A stretch of 64,000 bases of DNA from Clostridia bacterium (GTDB lineage Bacteria; Bacillota; Clostridia; Christensenellales; UBA3700), in assembly GCA_029061605.1 (NCBI GenBank), contig JAIDRT010000012.1, forward strand, positions 66,239-130,238, in the 5' to 3' direction. The notes beneath the pieces are model-generated. The model was not told the DNA's origin. It saw only the letters and a list, made by a program, of their open reading frames with translations, and did not search any database. Made by a program: the position numbers and the translations under genes. Positions 36,609 through 46,696 of the stretch are shown here, piece after piece. How positions within the stretch are numbered: position 1 is the stretch's first letter; each line of letters opens with the position of its first letter.

Positions 36609-37207
36609 TATTTTTTCTCCATCAAATGTTTCTTAAACTCCAAAGGGTCATACCAATAACAACCCTCACAAGCATTTTCTTCAAAGTTATGCGTTGCTCC
36701 GCCACAGTAAAAAGAAATTGGATATCCCAGCCGTTTGGCATCATACCGCACACGCGTTTGTCTGCATTCCTTGCAAAATTGTCTTTTTGCGTCATTTGCG
36801 GCTTTACTTAAAGGTTGAAAATCTTCCAATCGTTGGTCTTCATTTCGCATTACCCTACCTTCGTTTTTCATTCCGTTTTTATGATCTACTTCGGGATTTG
36901 AAGTACCAAGAACAACACAACGTCTCGCCTTAATTGCCTTTTTTATATCAGCGCGAATGTACTGCGAAAAATCTCCATTATTAAATCCATTTAGTCTTAT
37001 TCTGTCAATACCGTTTCCTCTTGTTTGCTCCTTATCAAATTCAATAATATATTTTTTAGCAAGAATTGACTCTTTTCTTGCCCAAGACGCTCCGTTTCCA
37101 AAAGTTAAACAAGCGTATTCTCCTTTAAACTCAGATATTTCTACCCAACGACTTACTCCACTTTCATTAGGTTGCGCCAACTGAATAAACAATTCTGTTT
37201 TTGTCAT
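36608..37207 (-). CDS. HNH (beta-beta-alpha-Me) restriction endonuclease, IceA/NlaIII-like (tentative)
   Basis: EVDHKNG...N, plus Cys clusters CKECRQT and CEGCYWYD. ATG at 37207 is preceded by AAAGGAGAG. Confidence 0.5.
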   Translation of the reverse strand: MTKTELFIQLAQPNESGVSRWVEISEFKGEYACLTFGNGASWARKESILAKKYIIEFDKEQTRGNGIDRIRLNGFNNGDFSQYIRADIKKAIKARRCVVLGTSNPEVDHKNGMKNEGRVMRNEDQRLEDFQPLSKAANDAKRQFCKECRQTRVRYDAKRLGYPISFYCGGATHNFEENACEGCYWYDPLEFKKHLMEKK

Positions 37208-37224
37208 TAGTAACTCTCCTTTTA

Positions 37225-37428
37225 TCAAAAATCAAAAAATTCACTAAATTTGACTTCTAGAGCATTTACTATTTTTTCTAATGTTGCAATGGATATATTT
37301 CGTTTGCCAACTTCAAGGCTTGCTATATAAGTCCTATGTACGCCTGAACGAAATGCCAATTCTTCTTGACTAATCCCAAGTTTATTACGCAATTCTTTTA
37401 TTCGTATCCCTACTCTTTCTTCAATCAT
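37225..37428 (-). CDS. R-M controller (C) protein, XRE HTH
   Basis: 67 aa. IKELRNKLGISQEELAFRSGVHRTYIASLEVGKRNISIATLEKIVNAL matches the C-protein pattern (RTYIS.IE.G.RN.S...L.KI..AL). First gene of the nuclease operon. Confidence 0.75.
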   Translation of the reverse strand: MIEERVGIRIKELRNKLGISQEELAFRSGVHRTYIASLEVGKRNISIATLEKIVNALEVKFSEFFDF

Positions 37429-37464
37429 TTTTCAACTCCTAAAATACTCTTAAATTATAAAAAA

Positions 37465-37499
37465 TTGTTACTTATTTATCAACATTCAATAAGTAACAA
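37465..37499. promoter_or_regulatory. candidate C-box operator
   Basis: Perfect 11-bp inverted repeat ttgttacttat-N13-ataagtaacaa, about 40-70 nt upstream of the C gene. Confidence 0.45.
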
Positions 37500-37650
37500 T
37501 TTAAATATATTTTTACTATCACCGCTTTATATTAAAGTAATTCCTTAACTGCAATCATCTAATAAAGTATAATTAAAATTACATAGCACAATATCATTCA
37601 ACACTCTATCATATTTTTGCAAAACATATGTAAATTAACATTACAAAATA

Positions 37651-37679
37651 TTGCAAAATTTCCGCTCGTATTGTATAAT
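37651..37679 (+). promoter_or_regulatory. consensus-like promoter reading into the tandem repeats and glk
   Basis: TTGCAA (37651-37656), 17 nt, TATAAT (37674-37679). Confidence 0.45.
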
Positions 37680-37707
37680 AATTAAAGTATACAATAGCAT
37701 ACTAAAT

Positions 37708-38094
37708 TAAGAGACAAGACTTGAGTGACGCAGATAAAATTGCTAGCAAGATTGCCGCAAGGACTTTGACACAATACCATTTAAGAGGCGAGGGTTAAGT
37801 GACGCGGATAAGATTGTTCAAGCGATTTTTGTGATAAGCAGGATAGGCATTGCGAGCGTAGCAGAGTTACGTGCGTAATGCGTAGACGAACTTAGCGCAT
37901 AAATCGATAGCAAGATTGCCGCAGGAACTTTGACACAATACCATTTAAGAGGCGAGGGTTAAGTGACGCGGATAAGATTGCGCAAACGATTTTTGTGATA
38001 AGCAGGATAGGCATTGCAAGCGTAGCAGAGTTACGCGCGTGATGCGTAGACGAACTTAGCACATAAATCGATAGCAAGATTGCCGCAGGAACTT
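37708..38094 (+). repeat. 164-bp tandem repeat (family C), about 2.1 copies plus a partial leading sub-repeat
   Basis: gcaagattgccgca... restarts at 37746, 37910 and 38074, giving a period of 164. The copies differ at roughly ten positions by eye. Confidence 0.85.
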
Positions 38095-38127
38095 AAGCCG
38101 AGACTCTTCAACAAAAAGGAGAGAATT

Positions 38128-39081
38128 ATGTATTTAATAGGAATAGACGTAGGCGGAATGAGCATCAAAGGCGGAGTCGTCACGCAAGAGGGCGAAATTA
38201 TCTTCAAGACTGCCATACCCACGACAGAAAAGTATACCGCAGATTACAGCATCAGCGAAGATATCAAAAAGGTCATTGATTTGGTCGTTGAGGGCGCAAA
38301 AATCAATCTCAAAGACGTCAAGGGAATTGGCATTGGACAACCCGGCTCAATTGATTCCAAAAAAGGTATTATCAGATACAGCAACAACATTGCCCTAGAG
38401 AGAGTGCCTGTCGTGGACGAACTCAAAAAGTATTACGATCTTCCAATATACATAAACAATGATGCCAACTGCGCGGCTTTAGGCGAGCACGTGTTTGGCG
38501 CAGGCAAAGGATATAACGACGTGATATTCGTCACGCTCGGCACAGGAGTAGGCACCGGATTTATTATTGACGGAAAACTCTTTGAAGGCAGAGAGTGCGC
38601 AGGTACTGAAGGCGGACATATGGTCATCAATATGTCAAAAGACGCTCCCCTTTGCAACTGCGGACAAAGAGGCTGCTGGGAGACTTATGCGTCTGCGACA
38701 GCGCTTATGAGACAGACCAAAGAGGCTATGGACCAACATCCTCAAAGCCTTATGCACAAGTTTGCTGAGGAAGAAGGCAAAGTATCAGGCAAAACGGCTT
38801 TTATGGCTGCTAAGCAAGGCGACAAAGCCGGTCAAGAAGTCGTAGACAACTATATGAGTTATATCACTTGCGGACTTGTCAACCTTGTCAATATCTTCTG
38901 CCCTGACGCAATACTTATCGGCGGCGGTATAAGCAACGAAAAAGAATATCTGACCGCTCCCATCAAAAAGGCTGTCAACGAAGGAAGATTTGGAGCCAAA
39001 TTCAATCCGTCTATCGAAGTCAAGACCGCAAGTCTCAAAAACGACGCGGGAATACTTGGCGCAGCGGCATTGGTTTTATAA
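38128..39081 (+). CDS. glk: ROK family glucokinase
   Basis: MYLIGIDVGGMSIKGGVV, NDANCAALGE, and the ROK Cys motif CNCGQRGCWETYAS. AAAGGAGAG RBS. Confidence 0.85.
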   Translation: MYLIGIDVGGMSIKGGVVTQEGEIIFKTAIPTTEKYTADYSISEDIKKVIDLVVEGAKINLKDVKGIGIGQPGSIDSKKGIIRYSNNIALERVPVVDELKKYYDLPIYINNDANCAALGEHVFGAGKGYNDVIFVTLGTGVGTGFIIDGKLFEGRECAGTEGGHMVINMSKDAPLCNCGQRGCWETYASATALMRQTKEAMDQHPQSLMHKFAEEEGKVSGKTAFMAAKQGDKAGQEVVDNYMSYITCGLVNLVNIFCPDAILIGGGISNEKEYLTAPIKKAVNEGRFGAKFNPSIEVKTASLKNDAGILGAAALVL

Positions 39082-39107
39082 AAGACTTTAATTAAGTTCA
39101 TACGCCA

Positions 39108-39260
39108 TCTTGCTACCGATTTACGAGTTAAGTTCGTCTACGCATCTTGACGTACATATAGTACGACTGCAATGCGTATCCTGCTTATCTCAAAAATCGC
39201 CAACGCAATATAGTCGCATCACTCAATTCAAGTCTTTTGAAATTTGTGACACTTTGTTAA
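39108..39260 (-). repeat. family C repeat, inverted copy downstream of glk
   Basis: cttgctaccgatttacgagttaagttcgtctacgcatc...cctgcttatc.caaaaatcg... is the reverse complement of the 37746-38073 units, with divergence. Confidence 0.75.
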
Positions 39261-39281
39261 AACTTGTTATAGGAGATAATT

Positions 39282-39629
39282 ATGAAAAAGATAAAAGCAT
39301 ATGACGAATTCGGAGAACAATTTGAACTTGGACTTGTGCCGGCAACTGAAGAAGAACAGCAAGCCTGCGAAGAAAAGTTCAAAAGTATTGGCGCCCTGCC
39401 TGAGGGCTTTGTCAAGACTGGCAACGATATCAAAGGATTTAAGTATTACAAACTCGTCAAACTTGACGATAGACAACTTGAACTTAAAATCAAAACGGAA
39501 AACGTACGTCGTCTGCGCCAAATTGACAGACACTCTGTCACGCAAATTATTCTTCAAAGCATTACGCTTGGTTTCACTGCTCTGATTTCGCTTTGCGCAA
39601 TAGTCGCATTGTTCTTGCTTAATAAATAA
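39282..39629 (+). CDS. hypothetical protein with C-terminal TM anchor
   Basis: 115 aa with a TAGGAG RBS. The C-terminus is ITLGFTALISLCAIVALFLL. Confidence 0.5.
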   Translation: MKKIKAYDEFGEQFELGLVPATEEEQQACEEKFKSIGALPEGFVKTGNDIKGFKYYKLVKLDDRQLELKIKTENVRRLRQIDRHSVTQIILQSITLGFTALISLCAIVALFLLNK

Positions 39630-39656
39630 TCGCGCATATTTTCAATATAATTACAA

Positions 39657-39690
39657 ACGGAGTTGGATTTCAACTCCGTTTTCTTTTTTA
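39657..39690. terminator. bidirectional terminator
   Basis: aacggagttg-gattt-caactccgtt followed by ttctttttt. Confidence 0.65.
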
Positions 39691-41079
39691 CCTTCTTGCC
39701 GCTATGGCTTCGCTTATTGCGCCGTAAAGCGACAACTCACTGTCTGACGTATCGCAAGAATAATGCCATATCATTACTCCGCCCAAGCCTAGATCCAATG
39801 CGTAGCAAGTCTTGTCATAGATCATTTGTCTGCCGTTGTAATAACACGTCTGCTGATAGACTTTGCCGTCAATGTTGATTTCTTCGATAAGACAGTTGCC
39901 CCACACGCCAAGTTTTTTGGACGCTTGCGCATAATCGCCCCAATACGCCGCCTTATCGGCAGGTCGGGAATAAAACGGCAGACCGAGATGTACTTTGCTC
40001 ATATCCACGCCTTTTCTTTTCAACTGATATATAGCGTCTGCGCACATTTCATAAAAAGAAGAGTGATTGCCTCTTTCGTCAAAGCCGTCGTACGTCATAA
40101 ATTCTATACTGTCCAGACAACTTAGTTTCTTTACAGGAAAACCGTTAAATCCTGAGATATTCCACAGGCTAAACGCAGCGCTAAGTTTTTTCCCATCCGG
40201 CATTGCCGCCTTTAACTTTTCCAAAAAATTGCCGTATATTTGATTTGGCTTGCGCGTATATGGGTATTCGTAATCAAACGATATCCCATCAAAACCATAT
40301 TCCTCCATCACGTCAAGACATTCTTTGATAAGCGTATCGGCATTGTCGCCCATTGCCTTGCTGTGCCTATCCTCAGTATCAAGTTCGTCTCCCATAATAT
40401 CCAAGTTGCCCAATATAGTATACGTAATCTTTGCGCTTGGATTATATTTGCGTACGGTTTCCGCCGCCTTGCGAAGTACTTCCTTGCCCTCTACGCTTTT
40501 TCCGTCAAAGAGATAATCTTGGAAATGCAAATGCCCGTCTTTGTCAAGATACACGCTGCCAAACAAATTAAACTCTGTAGTATGGCTCATCAACGCTGCC
40601 GACTCTTCAGTAAGCGTATATGCCCTGTCAACCAGCAGATAGGACATAACCTCAAAGTCTTCTGTCGCAGTGCCGACTATATTATACGCCTCAATATCGC
40701 TTATCGTCCATTGACCGTCACAAGCGACGACTTTGAGCGTAACGCTACTTGCCGTAACAGTTTTGTGCGAACAGTATTTATATTTGCCAATAAAATCACT
40801 TTTATAAAGCATTTCGCCGTTGACGTACAACTCATAATTTGTAATATTATTGTCTTTTTCTTTTAGTACGATTGAATTAAAAGTCTTAGCCTCTTCAAAC
40901 GAAAACGTAATGCTATCTCCCTCTCCGCCTTTTTTTGAATCGACAGTATACCCATTTGCGACGTTCTCATAATTTTTTGAGATTTCATCGGGCGTCGAAG
41001 ACATTGAACATCCCGACATAGCCAACAACGGACAAACCGCTAAGCAGCAAATCAAAAGCACTACCAAAAATCTTTTCAT
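39688..41079 (-). CDS. GH18 glycoside hydrolase lipoprotein with N-terminal discoidin-like domain
   Basis: Lipobox LLAMSGC. Catalytic motif FDGISFDYEYP (DxxDxDxE). ATG at 41079 is preceded by AGGGGGA. Confidence 0.75.
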   Translation of the reverse strand: MKRFLVVLLICCLAVCPLLAMSGCSMSSTPDEISKNYENVANGYTVDSKKGGEGDSITFSFEEAKTFNSIVLKEKDNNITNYELYVNGEMLYKSDFIGKYKYCSHKTVTASSVTLKVVACDGQWTISDIEAYNIVGTATEDFEVMSYLLVDRAYTLTEESAALMSHTTEFNLFGSVYLDKDGHLHFQDYLFDGKSVEGKEVLRKAAETVRKYNPSAKITYTILGNLDIMGDELDTEDRHSKAMGDNADTLIKECLDVMEEYGFDGISFDYEYPYTRKPNQIYGNFLEKLKAAMPDGKKLSAAFSLWNISGFNGFPVKKLSCLDSIEFMTYDGFDERGNHSSFYEMCADAIYQLKRKGVDMSKVHLGLPFYSRPADKAAYWGDYAQASKKLGVWGNCLIEEINIDGKVYQQTCYYNGRQMIYDKTCYALDLGLGGVMIWHYSCDTSDSELSLYGAISEAIAARR

Positions 41080-41120
41080 AATTTCCCCCTGCATTATTAT
41101 ATATTAAACAAACAAAGTCG

Positions 41121-41198
41121 TCAATATTCCTTTATGTATTCCTTGCTTGGCATATTTTCTTTCTCTTCTATTACTTCTACATAATCATACTTTTTCAT
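41121..41198 (-). pseudogene. truncated, frameshifted copy of the 5' end of the 41271-41657 gene
   Basis: atgaaaaagtatgattatgtagaagtaatagaagagaaagaaaatatgccaagcaagg parallels atgaaagaatatgatattgtagaagtaatagtagagaaagaaatatatgccaagcaggg, with a 1-nt difference in the A/T run and an early stop. Confidence 0.4.
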
Positions 41199-41270
41199 TC
41201 TACTGTTCCCACATACGGTGTTATCAATCTTATAATTCCGTACGGATATACCATCCACTTGTCAAAAATT

Positions 41271-41657
41271 TTACTGTTTTGCATAATCTCCTACGATTTT
41301 AAACTCTTCTCTTTTTAGCCATATTTTTTTGCCGTCAAAATCTGTTTCCCACTTGCTATCAACACCTATTACGTCTCGAATTATGCCTACTGCGCCAATT
41401 CGAATGCCTTCATTTGCATAATTGTCGTTTAAAATCTCAACCTCAACTCTAATTTCCTTATTTGTTGGACTGTCATAGATAAGTTTTAAATCTACCTCTT
41501 TAATTGCCGTTCCAAATGGGTCATCCTCAAAAAATACTAACCAACAGCCGTCAATTTTGCGCGGGTCTAATATTGTCCCCTGCATACCTTTATGCACGCC
41601 CTGCTTGGCATATATTTCTTTCTCTACTATTACTTCTACAATATCATATTCTTTCAT
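41271..41657 (-). CDS. hypothetical protein with internal two-fold repeat
   Basis: 128 aa. The two halves share the pattern V.V..E.YA..G...G..G.I.D. Confidence 0.55.
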   Translation of the reverse strand: MKEYDIVEVIVEKEIYAKQGVHKGMQGTILDPRKIDGCWLVFFEDDPFGTAIKEVDLKLIYDSPTNKEIRVEVEILNDNYANEGIRIGAVGIIRDVIGVDSKWETDFDGKKIWLKREEFKIVGDYAKQ

Positions 41658-41873
41658 TTCACCGTTCCCTTTTCGTCTTTAATTTTATCATATATTAAAC
41701 TTGCAAAGCAATAGCAATTTTGATTTTCCCCCTCTCATAAAAAAAGTTCCGCCCAAGCGAAACTTTTCTTTATACTTTTATTCTACGATACCGTGTCAAT
41801 ACCCGTAACAAATCTTTATGACAGACTTTATGACGAAAGCGGAAGAAAATTTCTTCCGCTTTACATTTCAAGT

Positions 41874-44453
41874 TTATTCAGTGGGATTGCTATCTTGATT
41901 GTCGTTAGCAACGCTTTCGGCGTTAGTCTCCGCAGTTTCCGCCGCTGTACTGCCGTCCGTTGGGGTATTCTCTTCCGCAGGTTGTTCTTCGTCCTCTTGG
42001 TGCGGCACGATTGTAAACGCAACGACTTTTGAATTGCCGTCTTTCATTCTCATTACCTTGACGCCTTGAGTATTTCTGCCAATCTTAGAGATTTCGTCGG
42101 CTTTAATTCTGATGATAATACCATTGTCGGAGATAATCATTACGTCGTCCTCAAGCGGATGAACAAGTTTGAGGTTGACTACGTTACCGGTTTTGTCGTT
42201 AAGTACGCCGACTTTGATACCGCTACCCGCTCTGCCTTGCAGTCTGTATTCGCTGATATCCGTACGCTTGCCGTAGCCGTTTTCCGTAATAGTCAGCACT
42301 TCGCAGTCCTCTTTGACTTTGGTCATATCCACGACTACTTCGCCCTTGTCGAGTTTGATAGACTTGACGCCCATACTCGTTCTGCCGGTAGGTCTGATAT
42401 CTTCTTCGCTGAATCTAATACACTTACCGCCGCTTGACGCCATAATAATTTCGTCCTGACCGCTTGTGAGTTGCACGCCGATAAGTTCGTCGTCTTCGTT
42501 TGCAAACGTAATAGCCTTCTTACCGTTGTTGTTGATGCGCACGTATTCGTCCAAAGTCGTCTTCTTGATAAGGCCTTGCTTGGTCGCAAGCATCAAGAAA
42601 CCTTGACTGTCCTTAGGCACAGGCACATAAGCGTTTATGACTTCTCCCGGCTCGAGATTGAGAAGGTTGACGATTGCTCTGCCCTTTGAAGTTCTGCTTG
42701 CCTCAGGCACTTGGTATCCTTTGGTGCGATATACCTTACCCTTGTTGGAGAAGAAAAGTATATTGTCGTGAGTGGACGTAGTTATTACGTTCTCCACAAA
42801 GTCCTCTTCTTTAGTCTTATGTGCGGATATGCCAACTCCACCTCGGCGTTGAGCCTTGTATTCGTCGACAGGCATACGCTTGATATAACCGTTGTGAGTA
42901 ATGGAAAGAATTACGTCCTCTACGTCTATCAAATCTTCGATATCTATGTCGGAATAGTCATAAGTAATTTCCGAGCGGCGTTTGTCGTTGTACTTGTCCT
43001 TGATTTCCAGAAGTTCCGTCTTGATGATTTCGATTACTCTCTCTGGTTTTGCAAGTATATCTCTCAAGTCTGCAATCGTCTTCTCAAGTTCTGCAAGTTC
43101 TTCCTGAATCTTCTCCACTTCCAAAGCGGTAAGTCTTTGCAATCTCATCTCAAGGATAGCAATGGCTTGCTTGTCGCTCAATTCGAAATTGTTCATAAGA
43201 TTTTCGATAGCCGACTGTCTGTCTTTTGACTTCTTGATAGTCTCTATTACTTCGTCAATGTTGGTCAGCGCCTTGACGAGACCCAGCAATATGTGTTCTC
43301 TTTCCAAAGCCTTGTCGAGGTCAAATTGAGTTCTTCTGACAATGACTGACTTTTGGTGCTTGATATATTCTTCAAGTATCTGCTTGAGATTGAGCACTCT
43401 CGGAGTACCGTCCACAAGCGCAAGCATAATCATAGAGAAAGAAGTCTGCAACTGCGTATGCTTATAGAGCATATTGAGCACGACTTGCGGATTGGCGTCC
43501 TTCTTGACGTCAACGACGATTCTCATACCGTCCTTATCTGAAAGTTCGTGAATGTCGGAAATACCCTCAATTCTCTTTTGCTTGACAAGGTCAGCCATAT
43601 TCTCAATGAGTTTTGCCTTATTTACTTGATAAGGAATCTCGGATATAACTATCTTGGCTTTTCCGCTGCGGTCGCTTTCTTCTATTTCGGCTTTGGCTCT
43701 TATTATGCAATTACCTCTACCGGTGCGATAGGCTTTCTTTATTCCGCTGCCGCCCATAATATACGCGCCTGTCGGGAAGTCCGGAGCAGGTATATAGTCC
43801 ATAAGAGCGTCAATTTCCAAATCGGGATTTTCAAGCAAAGCGACAGTGCCGTCAATTACTTCTCCAAGATTATGCGGCGGAATAGACGTAGCCATACCAA
43901 CTGCTATACCGTCAGATCCGTTTACCAACAAGTTGGGGTATCTCGACGGCAACACGACAGGCTGTTCTCTCGTGTCGTCGAAGTTGGGATAAAAGTCGAC
44001 AGTCTTTTTGTCAATGCCTCTTATCATTTCGTCTGCTATCTTGCTAAGTCTCGCCTCCGTATAACGGTAAGCCGCCGCAGGGTCGCCGTCTACGGAGCCG
44101 AAGTTACCGTGACCGTCGACGAGCGTACATCTTATAGAAAAGTCTTGCGCAAGTCTTACCAATGCGTCATATACTGAACTATCGCCGTGCGGATGGTATT
44201 TACCAAGCACGTCTCCAACAATAAGAGCGCACTTACGGAAAGGCTTGTCGGACGTAAGACCGAGTTCGTTCATTGCAAAGAGTATTCTTCTGTGCACCGG
44301 CTTGAGACCGTCTCTAACGTCAGGAATTGCTCTTGACACGTTGACCGCCATTGCATACGCAATAAAGGAAGTCTTCATTTCGTTTACTGCGTCGACTTCA
44401 ACGACGTTGGTCTTGTCGAGCATTTCCAAAATATTATCTTTCTTCTCTTCCAT
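41874..44453 (-). CDS. gyrA: DNA gyrase subunit A
   Basis: 859 aa. [47 protein letters not shown], active-site [10 protein letters not shown]. Confidence 0.97.
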   Translation of the reverse strand: MEEKKDNILEMLDKTNVVEVDAVNEMKTSFIAYAMAVNVSRAIPDVRDGLKPVHRRILFAMNELGLTSDKPFRKCALIVGDVLGKYHPHGDSSVYDALVRLAQDFSIRCTLVDGHGNFGSVDGDPAAAYRYTEARLSKIADEMIRGIDKKTVDFYPNFDDTREQPVVLPSRYPNLLVNGSDGIAVGMATSIPPHNLGEVIDGTVALLENPDLEIDALMDYIPAPDFPTGAYIMGGSGIKKAYRTGRGNCIIRAKAEIEESDRSGKAKIVISEIPYQVNKAKLIENMADLVKQKRIEGISDIHELSDKDGMRIVVDVKKDANPQVVLNMLYKHTQLQTSFSMIMLALVDGTPRVLNLKQILEEYIKHQKSVIVRRTQFDLDKALEREHILLGLVKALTNIDEVIETIKKSKDRQSAIENLMNNFELSDKQAIAILEMRLQRLTALEVEKIQEELAELEKTIADLRDILAKPERVIEIIKTELLEIKDKYNDKRRSEITYDYSDIDIEDLIDVEDVILSITHNGYIKRMPVDEYKAQRRGGVGISAHKTKEEDFVENVITTSTHDNILFFSNKGKVYRTKGYQVPEASRTSKGRAIVNLLNLEPGEVINAYVPVPKDSQGFLMLATKQGLIKKTTLDEYVRINNNGKKAITFANEDDELIGVQLTSGQDEIIMASSGGKCIRFSEEDIRPTGRTSMGVKSIKLDKGEVVVDMTKVKEDCEVLTITENGYGKRTDISEYRLQGRAGSGIKVGVLNDKTGNVVNLKLVHPLEDDVMIISDNGIIIRIKADEISKIGRNTQGVKVMRMKDGNSKVVAFTIVPHQEDEEQPAEENTPTDGSTAAETAETNAESVANDNQDSNPTE

Positions 44454-44463
44454 TTCAGCCTCC

Positions 44464-46374
44464 TTATACGTCCAAATCTTTTACGAGATTTGCGTTTTCT
44501 TCAATGAAGGTGCGGCGTTTTTCCGGCTCGTCGCCCATAAGTACTGTAAATATCTCATCAGCCTCTTCAGCGTCCTTGAGATTAACTCTGAGCAGCGTAC
44601 GCGTCTCAGGATTCATTGTTGTATCCCAAAGTTGCTCTGCGTCCATTTCGCCAAGACCTTTGTATCTTTGGATTTCGCCCTTTCTGCCTATGCTGACGAG
44701 GAACTCTTCCAATGATATATCGTCATAAAAATAATTCTCTTTCTTACTGCCCTTTTGCGTGACCTTATAGAGCGGCGGTTGAGCGATATACACGTGACCT
44801 TGCTCCACGATTGGTTTCATAAAGCGATAGAAGAACGTCAAGAGCAAAATTCTGATATGGCTGCCGTCTACGTCGGCATCTGTCATACAGATTATTCTGT
44901 CATACTTGAGTTTGCTCACGTCGCAATCGTCGTTGATACCGCAACCAAACGTCGTGATCATATTCTTTATTTCTTCGCTCTCAAGCACTCTGTTGAGCCT
45001 TGCCTTTTCCACGTTGAGAATCTTACCTCTGAGCGGCAAAATCGCCTGGAAACGTCTGTCTCTGCCTTGCTTAGCCGTACCGCCTGCGCTGTCGCCCTCT
45101 ACGAGATATATCTCGCACTTTTTGGGGTCTTTGTCCGAGCAGTCTGCAAGTTTGCCGGGCAACGTAGTAGATTCCAGCACGCTCTTACGTCTTGTGAGGT
45201 CTCTTGCGCTTCTCGCTGCGTCTCTTGCCTTTTTAGCGTTGACGGCTTTGAGTATCAACTCCTTAGCCTCTTTGGGGTTTTCTTCAAGGTATTCGCCAAA
45301 TTTCTCCGTCAAAACCTTAGATACAACGCCTCTCATAAAACTGTTGCCAAGTTTGGTCTTGGTCTGACCTTCAAATTGCGGGTCAATAAGTTTTACGCTT
45401 ACGATAGCCACCAAACCTTCTCTGCAGTCTTCGCCCGACAACTTCTCGTCATTCTTGAGCATCTTGAAGTTGTTGGCGTAATCGTTGAACAATTTCGTCA
45501 GCACCGCTTTGAATCCGTCAAGATGAGTTCCGCCCTCGTGCGTATTTATATTGTTGGCGTAAGAGAAAATATTTTCGCTATAACTGTCGTTGTATTGCAT
45601 TGCAATTTCCACTTGATACTCGTCCGTCTCTGCGTGGATATAGAATGGCTTTTCGAGTACGCCGTTGCCGCCGTTGAGCACGTCGACGTATTCTACGATA
45701 CCGCCTTCATAATAAAATTCTTCTTGCTGTTCTTTCAAAGGTCTGCTGTCTTTGAGGACGATTCTCAATCCTTTGTTGAGATACGCAAGTTCCTGTATAC
45801 GGTGCTTTAACGTAGCGTAATTAAAATCAGTGGTCTCAAAAATATCTCCGTCCGGGAAGAATGTAATCGTAGTACCTCTGTTGTTGGTATTTCCCACCAC
45901 TGCGAGCGGTCTTTGAGCAACGCCTCTGTTGAAAGTCATCTTGTGAAGTTTGCCATTTTGAGCGACCTCTACGTCAAGCCATTCCGAAAGCGCGTTTACG
46001 CACGACACGCCCACGCCGTGAAGACCGCCGGAGAACTTATATCCGCCGCCGCCAAACTTTCCGCCTGCGTGCAACTTGGTAAGCACGACTTCGACTGCCG
46101 ACTTTCCTTCTTTTGGGATTATACCGGTAGGAATACCTCTTCCGTTGTCAATAACTCTGACAGCGCCGTCTTGCATAATCTCAATTATTACTTTGTCGCA
46201 AAAGCCTGCCATAGCCTCGTCGATTGCGTTGTCCACGACCTCATATACGAGATGGTGCAATCCTCTTTCGTCGGTTGAGCCTATATACATTCCGGGACGT
46301 TTTCTGACAGGCTCGAGACCTTCGAGCACCTGAATATTATCCTGGGTATACGCTTGATTCTTTTCGTTACTCAT
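44464..46374 (-). CDS. gyrB: DNA gyrase subunit B
   Basis: 636 aa. [34 protein letters not shown], Toprim [12 protein letters not shown], and [12 protein letters not shown]. Confidence 0.97.
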   Translation of the reverse strand: MSNEKNQAYTQDNIQVLEGLEPVRKRPGMYIGSTDERGLHHLVYEVVDNAIDEAMAGFCDKVIIEIMQDGAVRVIDNGRGIPTGIIPKEGKSAVEVVLTKLHAGGKFGGGGYKFSGGLHGVGVSCVNALSEWLDVEVAQNGKLHKMTFNRGVAQRPLAVVGNTNNRGTTITFFPDGDIFETTDFNYATLKHRIQELAYLNKGLRIVLKDSRPLKEQQEEFYYEGGIVEYVDVLNGGNGVLEKPFYIHAETDEYQVEIAMQYNDSYSENIFSYANNINTHEGGTHLDGFKAVLTKLFNDYANNFKMLKNDEKLSGEDCREGLVAIVSVKLIDPQFEGQTKTKLGNSFMRGVVSKVLTEKFGEYLEENPKEAKELILKAVNAKKARDAARSARDLTRRKSVLESTTLPGKLADCSDKDPKKCEIYLVEGDSAGGTAKQGRDRRFQAILPLRGKILNVEKARLNRVLESEEIKNMITTFGCGINDDCDVSKLKYDRIICMTDADVDGSHIRILLLTFFYRFMKPIVEQGHVYIAQPPLYKVTQKGSKKENYFYDDISLEEFLVSIGRKGEIQRYKGLGEMDAEQLWDTTMNPETRTLLRVNLKDAEEADEIFTVLMGDEPEKRRTFIEENANLVKDLDV

Positions 46375-46426
46375 TTTTACCTCCGTTGATTTTTATGAGC
46401 CTATTCGCAAGTTCTCACAACCAACC

Positions 46427-46560
46427 TTGCTACCGATTTATGCGCTAAGTTCGTCTAACCAACACGCTCGTAACTCTGCTACGAGCGCAACGCTTATCCT
46501 CCTTATCGCAAAAATCGCTTACGCAATTTTGCTTGCGTCACTTGTTCATAGTCTCATCTC
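46427..46560 (-). repeat. family C repeat copy upstream of gyrB
   Basis: ccttgctaccgatttatgcgctaagttcgtct...cgtaactctgctacg...atcctccttatcgcaaaaatcg. Same orientation as the copy at 39108. Confidence 0.7.
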
Positions 46561-46613
46561 GCATACACACATACACATACACGCACACACGTGCGTGCGT
46601 ACACGCATACGCA
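46560..46613. repeat. 54-nt perfectly alternating pyrimidine-purine tract (Z-DNA-prone)
   Basis: cgcatacacacatacacatacacgcacacacgtgcgtgcgtacacgcatacgca. Every step alternates Y-R when read base by base. Confidence 0.85.
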
Positions 46614-46696
46614 AGATTATAATATTATAATAAAATTATTATATCATATTAAATATATATATTCAAGTGATTTTATTAAATTTTAACTAACTTAAC

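Noticed and set aside
37892-38222. Small ORFs inside the 164-bp repeat family (37892-38077, 38031-38222, 39110-39304, 46427-46630) with similar peptides (MLxIYxLSSS...).
   Set aside because: The similarity reflects the DNA repeat itself. The copies diverge with frameshifts and stops, there is no RBS, and one runs into the alternating CA/CG tract (HTHIHIHAH).
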